From contig OZ316898.1 of NCBI GenBank assembly GCA_973895155.1, forward strand, positions 20,099,292 through 20,163,291: a DNA stretch of 64,000 nt, read 5' to 3'. Source of the DNA: Marsupella aquatica. Its lineage: Eukaryota; Plantae; Marchantiophyta. The notes beneath the pieces were generated by a model. It did not search any database. It worked only from the letters and a program-made list of their open reading frames with translations, and had not been told where the DNA came from. Positions 63,201 to 64,000 of this stretch are shown here, in pieces. A program made the position numbers and the translations under genes. Positions within the stretch are counted from its first letter, which is position 1; the number at the start of each line of letters is the position of its first letter.

Positions 63201-63555
63201 TACTCCCCTTCAAAATCACTGTCTCTCCCGACCTGACTTGAAGTTCACCATCAATAACGCTCCATTGATGACCATTTGAATCCAACACACCGAGTGAAAT
63301 CAGATTCTTACGCATGCCAGGTACATACCTGACTCCGGACACTGTGCGCACAGCGCCATCAAATATTTGAATCTTCACAGACCCAATTCCCTCAATTTGA
63401 CAGGAGTGATCATTTCCCATCAGAACTGAACCGTTTGAAACAGAGTAAGAACTGAAAAACTCACGAATGTAACAAATATGAAAAGAGCAAGCACAATCAA
63501 GAATCCACACATCATCTGCTCTCCTAGATGACGTGCACAGGGCATACCCCCGGCT
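60283..63555 (-). CDS. Copia Pol (protease, GAG-pre-integrase, integrase, RT, RNase H), uninterrupted
   Basis: WILDCACSFH, LWHSRLGH, IHSDVWGP, LRSDNGGEY, QNGVAER, YKARLVAKG, LYGLKQSPRQW, YVDDMLIA, DSQSA and KHIDVRYHFIR. The frame is open back to the gag stop. Confidence 0.95.
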   Translation of the reverse strand, partial: SRGYALCTSSRRADDVWILDCACSFHICYIREFFSSYSVSNGSVLMGNDHSCQIEGIGSVKIQIFDGAVRTVSGVRYVPGMRKNLISLGVLDSNGHQWSVIDGELQVRSGETVILKGSRQKNLYVLQGNTVCGEANVTKSHEEMTQLWHSRLGHMSEKGLAILRKNRLISDLQSYKLEFCEHCILGKQHRRAFGVGTHRSKAVLEYIHSDVWGPSPTPSHSGKLYYVSFIDDYSRFVWIYFMTHKSDVLSIFKKWKAQVENQTGNTIKCLDTRVKSLRSDNGGEYTSMEFEEYCSEQGITRHLTTVYTPQQNGVAERLNRTLLERSRSMLSQSGLPQEFWAEAVNIAAYLVNLSPSSAINFKTPFEMRYKRQADYHGLVIFGSDAYALTPKQNRTKLDPTSRKCVFLGYQSGVKAYRLWDPIACKLVVSRDVSFNESRLLKEGENTQVSRTDKGKSPIPDLVEGEIGYEVHDRREGVAPIMELVPMPEEPEEFVDAGEQQVDAVELQIVPAHADQPESSARRTSGRTVRAPSRYGQWVDSSQLQEDDFTADDEGDALILEEGEPSSFHEASASKEKQKWTAAMQTEMQSLKDNKTWELVKLPKGQQVVDSKWIYKLKDNSIGGGSKVYKARLVAKGFTQEKGVDYNEVFSPVAKYSTIRLLCVLVVMFGLLLDQMDVVTAFLYGTLEEVIFMRQPLGFVKRGQEELVCRLLKSLYGLKQSPRQWNKRFDDWIRSQGFHRSVFDPCVYLKPVKNVVFGFIILVLYVDDMLIAAKDRSEIVKLKALLSAEFKMKDLGPAKRILGMEITRDLEAGKLWLTQSSYARKVIARFNMENSKPVSTPLAPHFKLSSAFCPTDDTEKGLMSKVPYDKAVGSLMYLMTCTRPDLAMAMGKVSRYMSNPGKVHWKAVKWIIRYLKGTVDHGLLFDANAKNARSLIGYVDSDYGQDLDRRRSTTGYVFTLGGGCISWRSTLQKCIAQSTTEAEYVAAVEAAKEAIWLDRLITEMGLPQGNVKLHCDSQSALHLAVNQVMDSRVKHIDVRYHFIRQAVSDNLFELIKIDGKLNPADAFTKVIPLESFSRHRDVLQVLQLHHK

Positions 63556-64000
63556 TCATAAAACATACTCATCATTGAGTAAATCAGCTTCTCCATCAGC
63601 CCTAGCCACATTTGCCGATGAAGTTTCCGCTGCCTTTCCCTTACAGTCTCGCTTGAAGTGTCCAACTTGGTTGCACTTCCAACATGTCACCTGCCTCCTC
63701 TGAGGGGATTTACCCTTGGACTTAGATCTGGATTTAGATCTAAACTGGGTTCTACGGTCCCCAGTTGGTCGCTGCATACTCCTCCCACGGTTAACATTGA
63801 GGGCAGCACCAGATGATGAAGGCTGTGACGTGATGTGCATCTTCTGCTGAAGATCATCACTAAGCAGAGAACTTACCACGTCATTGTATGAAATGGTATC
63901 CCTATCACGATGCAACAACACTCGTGATAGGGACTGGTAAGATGGAGGCAATGAACTAAGAAGCTGCAAAGCCTTCGTCTCATCATTCAAAGTCTCCCCA
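63556..64000 (-). CDS. Copia Gag C-terminal part (UBN2-type region and zinc knuckle), 5'-partial
   Basis: KALQLLSSLPPSY, RSKSRSKSKG and CWKCNQVGHFKRDC, ending in TGA at 63556-63558. Confidence 0.92.
   Translation of the reverse strand, partial: GETLNDETKALQLLSSLPPSYQSLSRVLLHRDRDTISYNDVVSSLLSDDLQQKMHITSQPSSSGAALNVNRGRSMQRPTGDRRTQFRSKSRSKSKGKSPQRRQVTCWKCNQVGHFKRDCKGKAAETSSANVARADGEADLLNDEYVL

Larger units (their letters stand above)
59649..64000 (-). mobile_element. Ty1/copia retrotransposon, Tork (Tnt1-like), running off the window; 3' LTR 59649-60091
   Basis: PPT GGGGAAGAT abuts the TG at 60091, and the LTR ends in CA at 59649. Intact pol and the gag C-terminus are present. Confidence 0.95.

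Overview
Land-plant nuclear DNA, rich in transposons. The TE lineages suggest a non-seed plant such as a bryophyte, which is an inference. There are two clear host genes: a 9-exon exosome subunit RRP45 (28916-32770, +) and an intronless nucleotide-diphospho-sugar transferase (41378-42583, +). A possible small-protein gene lies at 47251-47496 (-). The rest is nested TEs: a complete pogo-type element with TIRs and a TA TSD (4083-7709), a rearranged non-chromovirus Ty3/Gypsy element (~12850-23964), Sola-like and Helitron coding remnants, two non-autonomous Helitrons, a MITE, solo LTRs, a Bianca-type copia (50601-56979) and a Tork-type copia (59649 to the window end). Main finding: flipping one internal inversion (16837-19600) rejoins the Gypsy RT exactly and rebuilds a ~5-kb LTR (TGTGATGC...GCACCACA). 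That LTR itself carries a decayed, apparently intron-containing gene of ~1300 codons (basic NLS-like segment, PMD/Transposase_32-like domain, long coiled coil). All calls were made by eye with no database searches.
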